From Oscillospiraceae bacterium (GTDB taxonomy: Bacteria; Bacillota; Clostridia; Oscillospirales; JAVBNY01), in contig JAVBNY010000001.1 of NCBI GenBank assembly GCA_031551205.1, forward strand, positions 78,319-142,318: 64,000 nt of DNA, written 5' to 3'. Below, piece after piece: positions 55,688 through 64,000 of this stretch. Each line of letters begins with the position of its first letter. Positions within the stretch are counted from its first letter, which is position 1. Position numbers and translations under genes: made by a program. The notes beneath the pieces are model-generated. The model saw nothing but the letters and a program-made list of their open reading frames with translations. It was not told the DNA's origin and made no database searches.

Positions 55688-56872
55688 ATGGTGAAACAAA
55701 GAATGATGATACGTAAGCCGCGCGCTTTCTGCGCGCTGTTTCTTGCGCTGCCGTTTATTTTGGGCGCATTTTCTCCGGCGGCCTCTGCAAATGCTCCGGA
55801 AAAAGAGAAGATCGAGTTTAGCAGTTATTTTTCAGGCCATACCGAAATGACCGCTACATACTGCGCAGAGTCGAGTGCTAAAAAATCCGGTGAGGGTGAG
55901 GGCGTAATCGCGGATTTTGCTGAAAAGGCCTGCGCGGGCCTGTTTTTCCCGGCAATATTTCCACCGCTTCTTAGAGAAGAACGGCAGGAGATCCCTTTGC
56001 CCGGTCCGGATGCCGTGGCAGAGAGCGCGGTTTGCGCGGCGGAATCCAGCACAGTGCACCCCGGCATCGCGCTGAGTGAGTCGAATCACCGGCTTACCCT
56101 TGCAGAAACCACGGTTTGGATCGGCGAGAACGCCGAGGATGCCCTTGTACAGCTGGGATTGCCCGACAGAGAGGCGGCCTCGCCGCTCGGCTTTGTCTGG
56201 AAGATATATACCGGGGACTACACAAGGTTTTTAATGCTCGGTGAGAAGGACGGCGCCGTTTGCGCCTTCGCGACGTGCGCGCCCGGATTTATCTATAACG
56301 ATTCGATCTCCTGCGGATCATCCGCGAAAGAGACGGACAATAAAGCCGTTCGTCTGCTCACGGACAATATAGACGGAGGCAGGGTTATCGGCGTGTACGC
56401 CGCGGCCCCGGACATAGACCTGAGCTTCACGGATAAAAATGTGCTTGAGACATATCTTGCTTCTCAGGAGCAGTTCGACAAAGATACCGCCCTAGAAATG
56501 TTTGATTTCTGCAACGCCTTCCGCCTGCAAAAGGGGGTGGCCCCGCTTGTTTACAGCGAGGATGCGGAAAAGGCTGCGCTTGAGCACAGCAGATATATGG
56601 CGGACAGCAACTCCGCCAGCCATACAGGCGCCAAGGGCAGCAGCTCATATGACCGTATTTCCGTAAATGTGGGGAGCATCAGGCGGTCGGCTGAGAATGT
56701 TGCCTGGGGGCAGGCCTGCGGCGCGTTCGCCTTTGAAACCTGGATCAACCTCCCCAAGCACAGAAAGGCGATGCTGAACCCCGGATACACATATTTCGGA
56801 GGCGGGGCCGCGTACAACAAAAACTCGGACTTTCGTTATTACTACACGATGGAGCTTTTTACGCCGATGTAG
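55688..56872 (+). CDS. Secreted CAP/SCP-domain protein
   Basis: Signal peptide; N.FR...G..PL, HS.YMA, H.G, AENVA, W.N...HR..ML. Confidence 0.85.
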   Translation: MVKQRMMIRKPRAFCALFLALPFILGAFSPAASANAPEKEKIEFSSYFSGHTEMTATYCAESSAKKSGEGEGVIADFAEKACAGLFFPAIFPPLLREERQEIPLPGPDAVAESAVCAAESSTVHPGIALSESNHRLTLAETTVWIGENAEDALVQLGLPDREAASPLGFVWKIYTGDYTRFLMLGEKDGAVCAFATCAPGFIYNDSISCGSSAKETDNKAVRLLTDNIDGGRVIGVYAAAPDIDLSFTDKNVLETYLASQEQFDKDTALEMFDFCNAFRLQKGVAPLVYSEDAEKAALEHSRYMADSNSASHTGAKGSSSYDRISVNVGSIRRSAENVAWGQACGAFAFETWINLPKHRKAMLNPGYTYFGGGAAYNKNSDFRYYYTMELFTPM

Positions 56873-56899
56873 GAAAACCGGCTGAATCAGGAGGCGGAG

Positions 56900-58195
56900 A
56901 TGTACAGACCCCTTGCCGATATTATCCGTCCGCAGCTGCTCGGAGACATTGTCGGGCAGCGGCATCTGCTTGGAAAAAACGGGATGCTCAGGCGTGTAAT
57001 CGAGAGCGGAAATATCCCGAATATGGTGTTTTACGGGCCTTCCGGCACCGGGAAGACGACAGTTGCCAACATAATCGCCAGCGAGACGAGCCGCCGGCTT
57101 TATAAGCTGAACGCGACCACTGCTTCAATATCTGATATCAGGGACATCATTTCGGAAATAGGAACCATGTTCACTCCGCAGGGGGCCTTACTGTATCTCG
57201 ACGAGATACAGTATTTCAACAAAAAGCAGCAGCAGTCGCTTTTGGAGTTCATTGAAAACGGGGCCATTACGCTGATCGCCTCGACGACCGAAAACCCGTA
57301 TTTCTATGTATTTAACGCGATCCTCAGCAGGTCAACCGTTTTTGAGTTTAGGCCGCTTGAGCCGTCCGACATCGCGCCCGCGGTGGAGCGCGCCGTCAGG
57401 CTGGGAGCGGGGGACGGAGTGCGTGTGAATCTTGAGCCCGGCGTTATTGAGCACATTGCCTCCTCCTGCGGAGGAGATGTCAGGAAGGCCGTAAACGCGG
57501 TGGAGCTTCTGCTGTCGGCTGCGGTGCGCAAAGACGGCGATCTAACGCTCACGCTTGAGGACGCGCAGACCGTGTCTCAGAGATCCTCCATGCGCTACGA
57601 CCGTGACGGCGACGCGCATTACGACATACTTTCAGCGTTTCAGAAATCAATTCGCGGCTCCGATCCAAACGCCGCGGTGCATTACCTCGCGAGGCTGCTC
57701 GCGGCGGGGGATCTTGCCTCCGCGTCGCGGCGCCTGCTTGTAACCGCATGTGAGGACATAGGCCTCGCGTATCCGCAGGCTATCTCGATTGTCAAGGCCT
57801 GCGTCGACGCGGCGTTTCAGCTCGGCCTCCCGGAGGCGCGGATCCCGCTTGCTCAGGCGGTGATCCTCTGCGCGACGGCGCCGAAGTCAAACTCGGCGGT
57901 GAATGCCATATCAAAGGCCGATGCAGACATTGCCGCGGGCGGCTGCGGCGATGTGCCGGATAACCTGAAGGACTCGCATTACAAGGGCGCGGAGGCGCTC
58001 GGGCGGGGGAAGGCGTATCTCTACCCTCACGATTTTCCCGGCGGATACGTCAGCCAGCAATATCTTCCCGATGCCCTAAAAGGTCGCGAATACTACGCTT
58101 TTGGGATGAATAAAGCGGAGCAGGCGGCAAGGCGGTATTGGGACGAGATTAAGCGAGGGAAGACGGACGAAGATGAAAAGGCCCCTGTGGAATGA
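56900..58195 (+). CDS. rarA: Replication-associated recombination protein A
   Basis: PLA..IRP, GPSGTGKTT, DEI..FNK.QQ, TTENP, YD...D.HYD..SAFQKSIRGSD, EDIGLA. Confidence 0.96.
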   Translation: MYRPLADIIRPQLLGDIVGQRHLLGKNGMLRRVIESGNIPNMVFYGPSGTGKTTVANIIASETSRRLYKLNATTASISDIRDIISEIGTMFTPQGALLYLDEIQYFNKKQQQSLLEFIENGAITLIASTTENPYFYVFNAILSRSTVFEFRPLEPSDIAPAVERAVRLGAGDGVRVNLEPGVIEHIASSCGGDVRKAVNAVELLLSAAVRKDGDLTLTLEDAQTVSQRSSMRYDRDGDAHYDILSAFQKSIRGSDPNAAVHYLARLLAAGDLASASRRLLVTACEDIGLAYPQAISIVKACVDAAFQLGLPEARIPLAQAVILCATAPKSNSAVNAISKADADIAAGGCGDVPDNLKDSHYKGAEALGRGKAYLYPHDFPGGYVSQQYLPDALKGREYYAFGMNKAEQAARRYWDEIKRGKTDEDEKAPVE

Positions 58196-58234
58196 GTGCT
58201 TCCGCAGGGACCTTTTGACTTTTGGCGAGGGGGG

Positions 58235-60283
58235 TTATGCCGCTTTCGGAGAGGGAAGGCGGATAACTGTTTTAAACAGGTCTCCGTCGATCTCAACTTC
58301 AAAGCTGCCGTTCTGAGCGAGGATAAAGCTCTCGACTATCGAGAGGCCGAGCCCGTGTCCTTCGCTTGCCCGCGCGCTGTCGCCGCGCTTGAAGCGCTCT
58401 GTCAGCTCGGACGGGTCTACGTTCAGCTCGAATCTTGAGATGTTCTTGACGGTCAGGCAGGCGCAGCCGTCTTCTGCGGCTCCGTCTATGTACACGCGCG
58501 AGCCCGGCATTGCGTATTTAAAGATGTTTGACATCAGATTTTCGAACACCCGCCAAAGAAGTTTGCCGTCGGCGAGGGCCCTTACCGGAGGAACATTCAC
58601 GCGGAAGTCGAGCCCGCTCTCCGCCACTCTGTCCTCGAGCTCGCCAAGCGTCTGCCGCACAAAATTTTCAAGGTCAATCTCGCAGATATCAACCTCGATA
58701 TTGCCGGAAGCAGCCCTCGACATTTCAAAAAGGTCGTCGGTCAGAAGCTTGAGCCGCGCCGCCTTTCTGCGGATAATCTCCAGATGGTCGCCTGCGTTTT
58801 CGCTCTGAAGGCCCTCCGAGGCGAGAAGGTCGGCGTACGTGATAATCGAGGTCAGCGGCGTGCGGATATCGTGTGAGACGTTTGCCACGAGCTCAGTTTT
58901 CAGGCGTTCGCTTTTCAGCGCCTTATGAAGGGCAAGGTCGAGGCCGTCCGCGATGGAGTTTATATCCCCGGCAAGCGCTTTGAAATCTCCGCCCGTCACG
59001 CTGATTTTGTGGGAAAAATCTCCCCCCCTTATAGCTGCGGCGCCCTTTGAAATTGCAGCGAACCTTTTTGAAATCCACAGGCTGATCCCGGCGATTGCAA
59101 TGAAAAGCGGAATAATAAAAATCGCCGAAGCAAAGCAGAGTATCGTCAGGAATACGATAAGCGCCAGCACGCAGATGACCTTAAACGAGACCGACCTCGT
59201 CTGAAACAGCTCCCGCGTCGTTTTAACACAGCCTGAAATAACCGTGCCGCAGAGTGTGTGACTGAAAAAGCGGCGCTGCTTTATGCGTTTTACGGCCGCG
59301 ATATATAAAAGTATTCCCGCGTAAGCGCACACGGCCGAACAGAACGCAAGCACCCGCCCGGGATCCATGAACGTGACCCTCAGCATAAGCCCGGCGAGGC
59401 CTATAACAAGCCCGACGAAAATCGCCAGTATCAGCGCGCCGGCATCAAGATAGAGCCTGTCTGTTGCTGAGAAGTGAAGCTCAGCGTCGCGCGGCCGCCG
59501 CCCCGCGCCTATGGTGAGCACAGCCATGCAGAGAATAAACAGCGCAAAAGAGGAAGCGAGGAGCCAAAACCCTCGGATGAGCGCCGCCCGTCCGGCTGCA
59601 AGCTCCCTGACGGTACGCTCGACAAAGCTCTCCGAAAAGGCGAAGCGGATGGAGTCGTCCGGCTCTATGTCGCGAAAATACCGCATTTCGTTTATGCTGG
59701 AGCTTGAATTAAATTTGTCGGAGACATAATGAAGCGGCTGGGAGAGAAAAAAATCATCATCCTTGCTTAAGTTTTCGAGCGAGTGCCCTCCGATGCTTAT
59801 GGAAAAATAAATGTCCTGATTGGAGAGAAAGGCCCTGCTCTGATCTGAATACTCGCTGAGCCGCCTGGCGGTGACCTCCGCCGGGATTTCAGCCAGCTCT
59901 TCCCTGTATTGCTCGCGGAACAGCGCAAGAGTCATTTGCTCGCCCTCATGTGAATCCGCGTAGTCGGCGGAGGCCTTTTGATAAAGCTGCGCCTCGGCCG
60001 ATTTGACATGCGGCCCGATGCCGTCGCCGCGCTTTATGCTGTCCTCGTCGCCGTATTCACTTAAAAGGCCGCAGATCCCGTCTATATATGACGACGCGGC
60101 CCCGATAACGGAGGGAGTGCCGGAGATATCAGGGGCAAGGCAGCTCCTTATGCCGACCGACCCCTCGATGGAAGCAATCCCGTACAGGGAAAACATCATC
60201 GCCGCGAACGAAGCCCCGGCGAGCAGAAACGCGGCGGCCTTGACCGCCGTTTTATGTGTCAAGCTTTTCAAGTTTATAGCCAA
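58235..60283 (-). CDS. Membrane sensor histidine kinase
   Basis: Multiple TMs, HAMP, NVSHDIRTPLTSI, ENLMSN..KY, ERF.RGD, GLGLSI. Confidence 0.94.
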   Translation of the reverse strand: MAINLKSLTHKTAVKAAAFLLAGASFAAMMFSLYGIASIEGSVGIRSCLAPDISGTPSVIGAASSYIDGICGLLSEYGDEDSIKRGDGIGPHVKSAEAQLYQKASADYADSHEGEQMTLALFREQYREELAEIPAEVTARRLSEYSDQSRAFLSNQDIYFSISIGGHSLENLSKDDDFFLSQPLHYVSDKFNSSSSINEMRYFRDIEPDDSIRFAFSESFVERTVRELAAGRAALIRGFWLLASSFALFILCMAVLTIGAGRRPRDAELHFSATDRLYLDAGALILAIFVGLVIGLAGLMLRVTFMDPGRVLAFCSAVCAYAGILLYIAAVKRIKQRRFFSHTLCGTVISGCVKTTRELFQTRSVSFKVICVLALIVFLTILCFASAIFIIPLFIAIAGISLWISKRFAAISKGAAAIRGGDFSHKISVTGGDFKALAGDINSIADGLDLALHKALKSERLKTELVANVSHDIRTPLTSIITYADLLASEGLQSENAGDHLEIIRRKAARLKLLTDDLFEMSRAASGNIEVDICEIDLENFVRQTLGELEDRVAESGLDFRVNVPPVRALADGKLLWRVFENLMSNIFKYAMPGSRVYIDGAAEDGCACLTVKNISRFELNVDPSELTERFKRGDSARASEGHGLGLSIVESFILAQNGSFEVEIDGDLFKTVIRLPSPKAA

Positions 60284-60953
60284 CTCCCCACACCACCTTC
60301 AGATATATTGGTTCCTTAGGGTTTATCTCGATTTTCTCGCGTATCCTGCGTATATGCACCGAAACCGTGTTGTCCGCGTTGAAAGAGGGCTCGTTCCAGC
60401 AGAGCTCGTATATCTGATCGATTGAATACACTCTGCCCAGATTCTCGATGAGCAGCCGGAGTATCTTGTATTCCATCGGGGTCAGGCGGACGGGCTCGCC
60501 GTCGAGAGTTACCTCTTTTTTCACGTCGTCAAGCGTCAGGCCGCCCGTGCGGAACACGTCATGGCTGAGAGGCTGGCCTCCGAGAGAGGTAAACCTCCTG
60601 AGCTGCGACTTCACACGGGCGACAAGCTCAAGCGCGTTAAAAGGCTTTGTGACATAGTCGTCCGCGCCGAAGGCCAGGCCCGCGATCTTGTCCGTGCTCT
60701 CGGATTTTGCCGAAAGCATGATAATCGGGATGTTTTTTGTCTCGCGGATCTTCATTGTAGCCGTATTTCCGTCCATCAGCGGCATCATCACATCCATAAT
60801 TACAAGTGAGATGTCGTTTTCCGCCAGAGCCTTCAGCGCCTCGTGGCCGTTTGAAGCGATTATGGTGCCATAGCCCTCAAGCTTCAGGTATATCTCGACC
60901 GCCCGCGCGATCTCGAGGTCGTCGTCACAAATCAGGATGTTCATTGCGTTCAT
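60252..60953 (-). CDS. OmpR-family response regulator
   Basis: ILICDDD, MDVMMP, GADDYVTKPF, TVSVHIRRIREKIE, VWGVGY. Confidence 0.96.
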   Translation of the reverse strand: MNAMNILICDDDLEIARAVEIYLKLEGYGTIIASNGHEALKALAENDISLVIMDVMMPLMDGNTATMKIRETKNIPIIMLSAKSESTDKIAGLAFGADDYVTKPFNALELVARVKSQLRRFTSLGGQPLSHDVFRTGGLTLDDVKKEVTLDGEPVRLTPMEYKILRLLIENLGRVYSIDQIYELCWNEPSFNADNTVSVHIRRIREKIEINPKEPIYLKVVWGVGYKLEKLDT

Positions 60954-61059
60954 CTCTTTTCCTCCGAATGCAGATTAATACCCTCATATTATACCACGTC
61001 CCTTCACTGCCTGTACCCCTATGGTACATCAAAAATCTTACGCTCAAAGCATCGTAAAG

Positions 61060-61117
61060 CTTAAAACTATCTTAACTTGTTGTTCCGCGGGGAGCGCGAA
61101 TTTACAAACAGTTCACA
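61060..61117. promoter_or_regulatory. OmpR-family direct-repeat boxes
   Basis: CTTAAA-N5-CTTAAC (61060-61076) and TTTACA-N5-TTCACA (61101-61117). Confidence 0.5.
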
Positions 61118-61223
61118 ATGCATTAATTATTTAATCAAAAATGTGCATTATAGTATAAGCATACAGACGATGCGCGGGAGATCCCCCGCGGCTTCTTAAA
61201 ATAATACATAAGGAGGAAACACC

Positions 61224-63011
61224 ATGAACTATAACGATAACGAATACGAAGGCGGCGGACAGGGGAATATCCCGGGCGCCGGAAAAGGATGCGGGGAGGA
61301 GACTGTGAAGTCTCCGCAGAGGGAGCCTGAGAACGACTATTCACGCAGCCCGGAAAGGGTATATTCGCCGGAGTCGGTCGTGATGCCGGAATACGGAAAC
61401 GGACGCACCGAAGGCGCTGTTAAGCCTCAGGCGGAGCATGACGCCGTTACGGCGCAGCCCGCAGAGCCGCCGGTATACACGGAGCCGTGGCGGGGAGAAA
61501 GCGCTTCGGCCGGTTCGGGACTTTATTCCTACAGCGGGCGCGAGATACCGTCGGCGGGCTTCTATGTGAGAAGTGCGGAGCCATCCTCCCAGTACGGGCA
61601 GCAGTACGGTTCCGCGCAGCCGCAGCCGCAGGGAGACTACGCGGCCTACCGTCAGGAGTACAGTCAGGACGCGGGGCAGGCCGCGCAGAGGCCGGCCTAC
61701 ACAAACAGGCCTCAGGCAAAGGTAAGCGTTAAAAAGAAGAAGGCGTGGCTGGCTCCGCTCTCTCTGGTTATGGTTTGCCTCCTGATTGTGGGCGCGCTTT
61801 CCACCGCCTTCCTGATGAACTACGACCTGGGCGTTAAAAACGAGAATGGAAGCGTTGATTTCTCAATAAAGCCAAAGGACAAGGCCCCGGTTATTGACGA
61901 CGGAACCCAGACGCCGTCCGGCGGAGAGGCTACCCCCACGCCGAATCAGGGCGGGATTCACGAAGCAAATCCGAGCGCCTCTGAGGGGACGCTGGTTCCG
62001 GTAGTGACCGACTCAAAGGCAAGGGAGCTCTCTATCCCCGAGATTTACACAAAGTGCATCTCCAGCGTGGTTGGCATTGAATCAACGCTTGGGAGAAACG
62101 GGGCGCAGGGAACCGCGACCGGGACGGGCATCATTATGTCGAAGGACGGGTATATAGTAACCAACAATCATGTTATCAGCGGAGCTACGGCCGTCAAGGT
62201 TGTCTTCCAGTCCGGCGAGGAGTATGAAGCGAAGATAATCGGCAGCGACGAAAAAAGCGACCTCGCGGTGATGAAGATCGCGGCGACAAACCTCACGCCC
62301 GCCGAGTTCGGCAATTCAGACACGCTCATTGTGGGCGAGACGGTGGTCGCGATAGGCAACCCTCTCGGGATTGAGCTTCAGGGAACTGTAACCGACGGCA
62401 TTGTCTCGGCGATTAACCGCAACGTCGAGGTTGAGGGCAGGACGATGACACTTATCCAGACCAACGCCGCGATCAACCCGGGCAACTCCGGCGGCCCGCT
62501 CATAAACGCATACGGGCAGGTCATCGGCATCAACACTCTCAAGATGAGCGACTATTACCAGAATATCGAGGGGCTTGGCTTCGCGATCCCCGCCAGCTCC
62601 GTCATCTCAATCACCGGCGAGCTGGTTGAGAAGGGATATATCTCCGGGAGGCCGTCGATTGGGATCTCGTGCAGGGAGATCACGGAGCGTGCCGCGAGCT
62701 ACTATAATATCCCGCAGGGCATTCAGATTCTCTCCGTTGACGAGATGTCCGACGCGTATATAAAGGGCGTCGCGGTGGGCGATATCATCACAAAGTTCAA
62801 CGACAAAGAGGTTAAGACAATTTCTGAGATGAACGCGTTGAAGGAGCAGTATAAAGCCGGGGACAAAGTAAAGCTCACGCTCTACAGAAACGGCAAGACG
62901 CTCGACATCGAATTCAAGCTCATGGACGAGGCCGTCATGTCGCAGACCTCGATAGGTGAGAACGACGCGGGCCAGATCCCGACAGACCCGTTCGGCGGCA
63001 TGTGGCCGTGA
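61224..63011 (+). CDS. htrA: HtrA/DegP serine protease with PDZ
   Basis: GTGII, TNNHVI, DLAV, IGNPLG, QTNAAINPGNSGGPL, PDZ; long low-complexity N-terminus plus TM. Confidence 0.96.
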   Translation: MNYNDNEYEGGGQGNIPGAGKGCGEETVKSPQREPENDYSRSPERVYSPESVVMPEYGNGRTEGAVKPQAEHDAVTAQPAEPPVYTEPWRGESASAGSGLYSYSGREIPSAGFYVRSAEPSSQYGQQYGSAQPQPQGDYAAYRQEYSQDAGQAAQRPAYTNRPQAKVSVKKKKAWLAPLSLVMVCLLIVGALSTAFLMNYDLGVKNENGSVDFSIKPKDKAPVIDDGTQTPSGGEATPTPNQGGIHEANPSASEGTLVPVVTDSKARELSIPEIYTKCISSVVGIESTLGRNGAQGTATGTGIIMSKDGYIVTNNHVISGATAVKVVFQSGEEYEAKIIGSDEKSDLAVMKIAATNLTPAEFGNSDTLIVGETVVAIGNPLGIELQGTVTDGIVSAINRNVEVEGRTMTLIQTNAAINPGNSGGPLINAYGQVIGINTLKMSDYYQNIEGLGFAIPASSVISITGELVEKGYISGRPSIGISCREITERAASYYNIPQGIQILSVDEMSDAYIKGVAVGDIITKFNDKEVKTISEMNALKEQYKAGDKVKLTLYRNGKTLDIEFKLMDEAVMSQTSIGENDAGQIPTDPFGGMWP

Positions 63012-63046
63012 TGACACTAGAGCTCTGAGCAATGATCGCATATATG

Positions 63047-63085
63047 CAGGCAGGCCGCTTCCTTTTAGGAGGGCGGCCTGCCTGT
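63047..63085 (+). terminator. Hairpin after htrA (possible terminator)
   Basis: GCAGGCAGGCCGCTTCC...GGAGGGCGGCCTGCCTGT. Confidence 0.6.
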
Positions 63086-63173
63086 AAGGAGATTCTAATT
63101 TACAAACCTCTCAAAATGTGATAGTATATTTCAGTATTACGAAGCGCGAACCGGAAAGATGAAAGGGGAAAAA

Positions 63174-64000
63174 ATGAGTATTAAAAAATTATTTACACTG
63201 ACGCTGGCGGCCGTCATGGCCGTATCGTGCCTGGGACTGTCGTCTTTTGCGGCCGACGAGCCCGCGGGAGATGTTCCTGGGGCCGTGCCTCAGCAGGACG
63301 GGCTGCTCATAGCCGCCGCCGTCGTCCCGGCCGACCTCGCGCCGCTCATCAGCGAAGCCGCATCCCTGCTCAACGTAGCCGATTTCTTCCGCGGCACGGA
63401 CAAGGGCCTTGAGCTCGACCGCGCGCCCTCCCGCGCCGAAGCGGCGACGATGCTTGTGCGTATGCTGGGCGCAGAGACGGCCGCGTCAAGCGAGAAAAAC
63501 ACCCATCCGTTTGCCGACGTTAAGGCGACCTCTGTCTGGGCGAGCGACAACATTGGCTATCTCTATAAAAACGGCCTGACAAAGGGCGTGTCCGACGTAA
63601 AGTTCGGCGACAGGGATCTTGTCATTGCAAAGCAGTTTTACACCTTTTGCCTGCGCGCGCTCGGATACGCGGACGGACAGGACTTTGCATATGACGACGC
63701 GGTTGCCAAGGCGGCGGAGCTCGGCGTAATCACGCCTGAGGTCGCGGCGGCTGTTAACGCGAAGGCGAATTTCACACGCGGCGACATGGCTCTGGCAATG
63801 TTCAGCGCGCTGAAGGCAAAGCCTAAGGGCGCGGAGAAGAACCTTGCAGATACGCTTACGGAAAAGGGCAGCGTCTCCGTTTTCAGCAGCGAGATCGTTA
63901 ACGGCACGAACGAGCTGTTTAACTTCATGAAGGATGCAGGCGGCAAAACCGACAAGGTTAACTTTACCGCCTCGCTCACAGCGAAGATTGATATTACGGC
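63174..64000 (+). CDS. Secreted SLH-domain protein (partial, runs off window end)
   Basis: Not in ORF track. Manual translation MSIKKLFTLTLAAVMAVS...RGTDKGLELDRAPSRAEAATMLVRMLG...HPFADV...WA...IGYLYKNGLTKG...LRALGY...FTRGDMA. Confidence 0.85.
   Translation, partial: MSIKKLFTLTLAAVMAVSCLGLSSFAADEPAGDVPGAVPQQDGLLIAAAVVPADLAPLISEAASLLNVADFFRGTDKGLELDRAPSRAEAATMLVRMLGAETAASSEKNTHPFADVKATSVWASDNIGYLYKNGLTKGVSDVKFGDRDLVIAKQFYTFCLRALGYADGQDFAYDDAVAKAAELGVITPEVAAAVNAKANFTRGDMALAMFSALKAKPKGAEKNLADTLTEKGSVSVFSSEIVNGTNELFNFMKDAGGKTDKVNFTASLTAKIDIT

Noticed and set aside
63227..63979. Short ORFs near the window end
   Set aside because: Shadows of the partial SLH protein starting at 63174.
1..64000. CRISPR array, prophage, transposase, retron or defence island
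   Set aside because: No repeat-spacer periodicity and no integrase, RT, nuclease-defence or phage structural motifs seen.

Overview
GC-rich chromosomal window from a spore-forming, probably motile Clostridia-class firmicute. Oscillospiraceae-like is an inference from gene content (sigH, yunB, DUF421, SLH protein, MCP). It is mostly core genome: miaB (partial), pepP-efp, nadAB, a shikimate cluster (aroB, aroA, aroC, chorismate mutase, AroK-AroQ fusion), asnS, larC, aspartate aminotransferase, purB, secDF, secA, recD2, comF, FMN riboswitch-ribU, fprA, pgeF, tRNA-Arg(CCT), tyrA, GH13, ktrB, exoIII, sigH, rarA, a two-component system divergent from htrA, and a partial SLH protein. I saw no CRISPR array, prophage, transposase or defence island. 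The strongest unexplained signals are non-coding or architectural: (1) a ~530-nt structured leader in front of a secreted GH10 enzyme that has an unrecognised C-terminal domain; (2) a compact SD-sequestering pseudoknot before nadA; (3) a kissing-hairpin 5' UTR on miaB; (4) a terminator directly before the purB RBS; (5) a 162-bp MITE with a TTTA target duplication; (6) a putative sigmaE operon of unknown genes converging on a LolA-like protein; (7) a ComFB gene inside the aro cluster; (8) a twin Cys-rich-PAS HD-GYP protein under a sigma28-like promoter; (9) a LysW-like acidic zinc-ribbon protein downstream of efp. All family assignments come from motif recognition by eye. No searches or folding programs were run.
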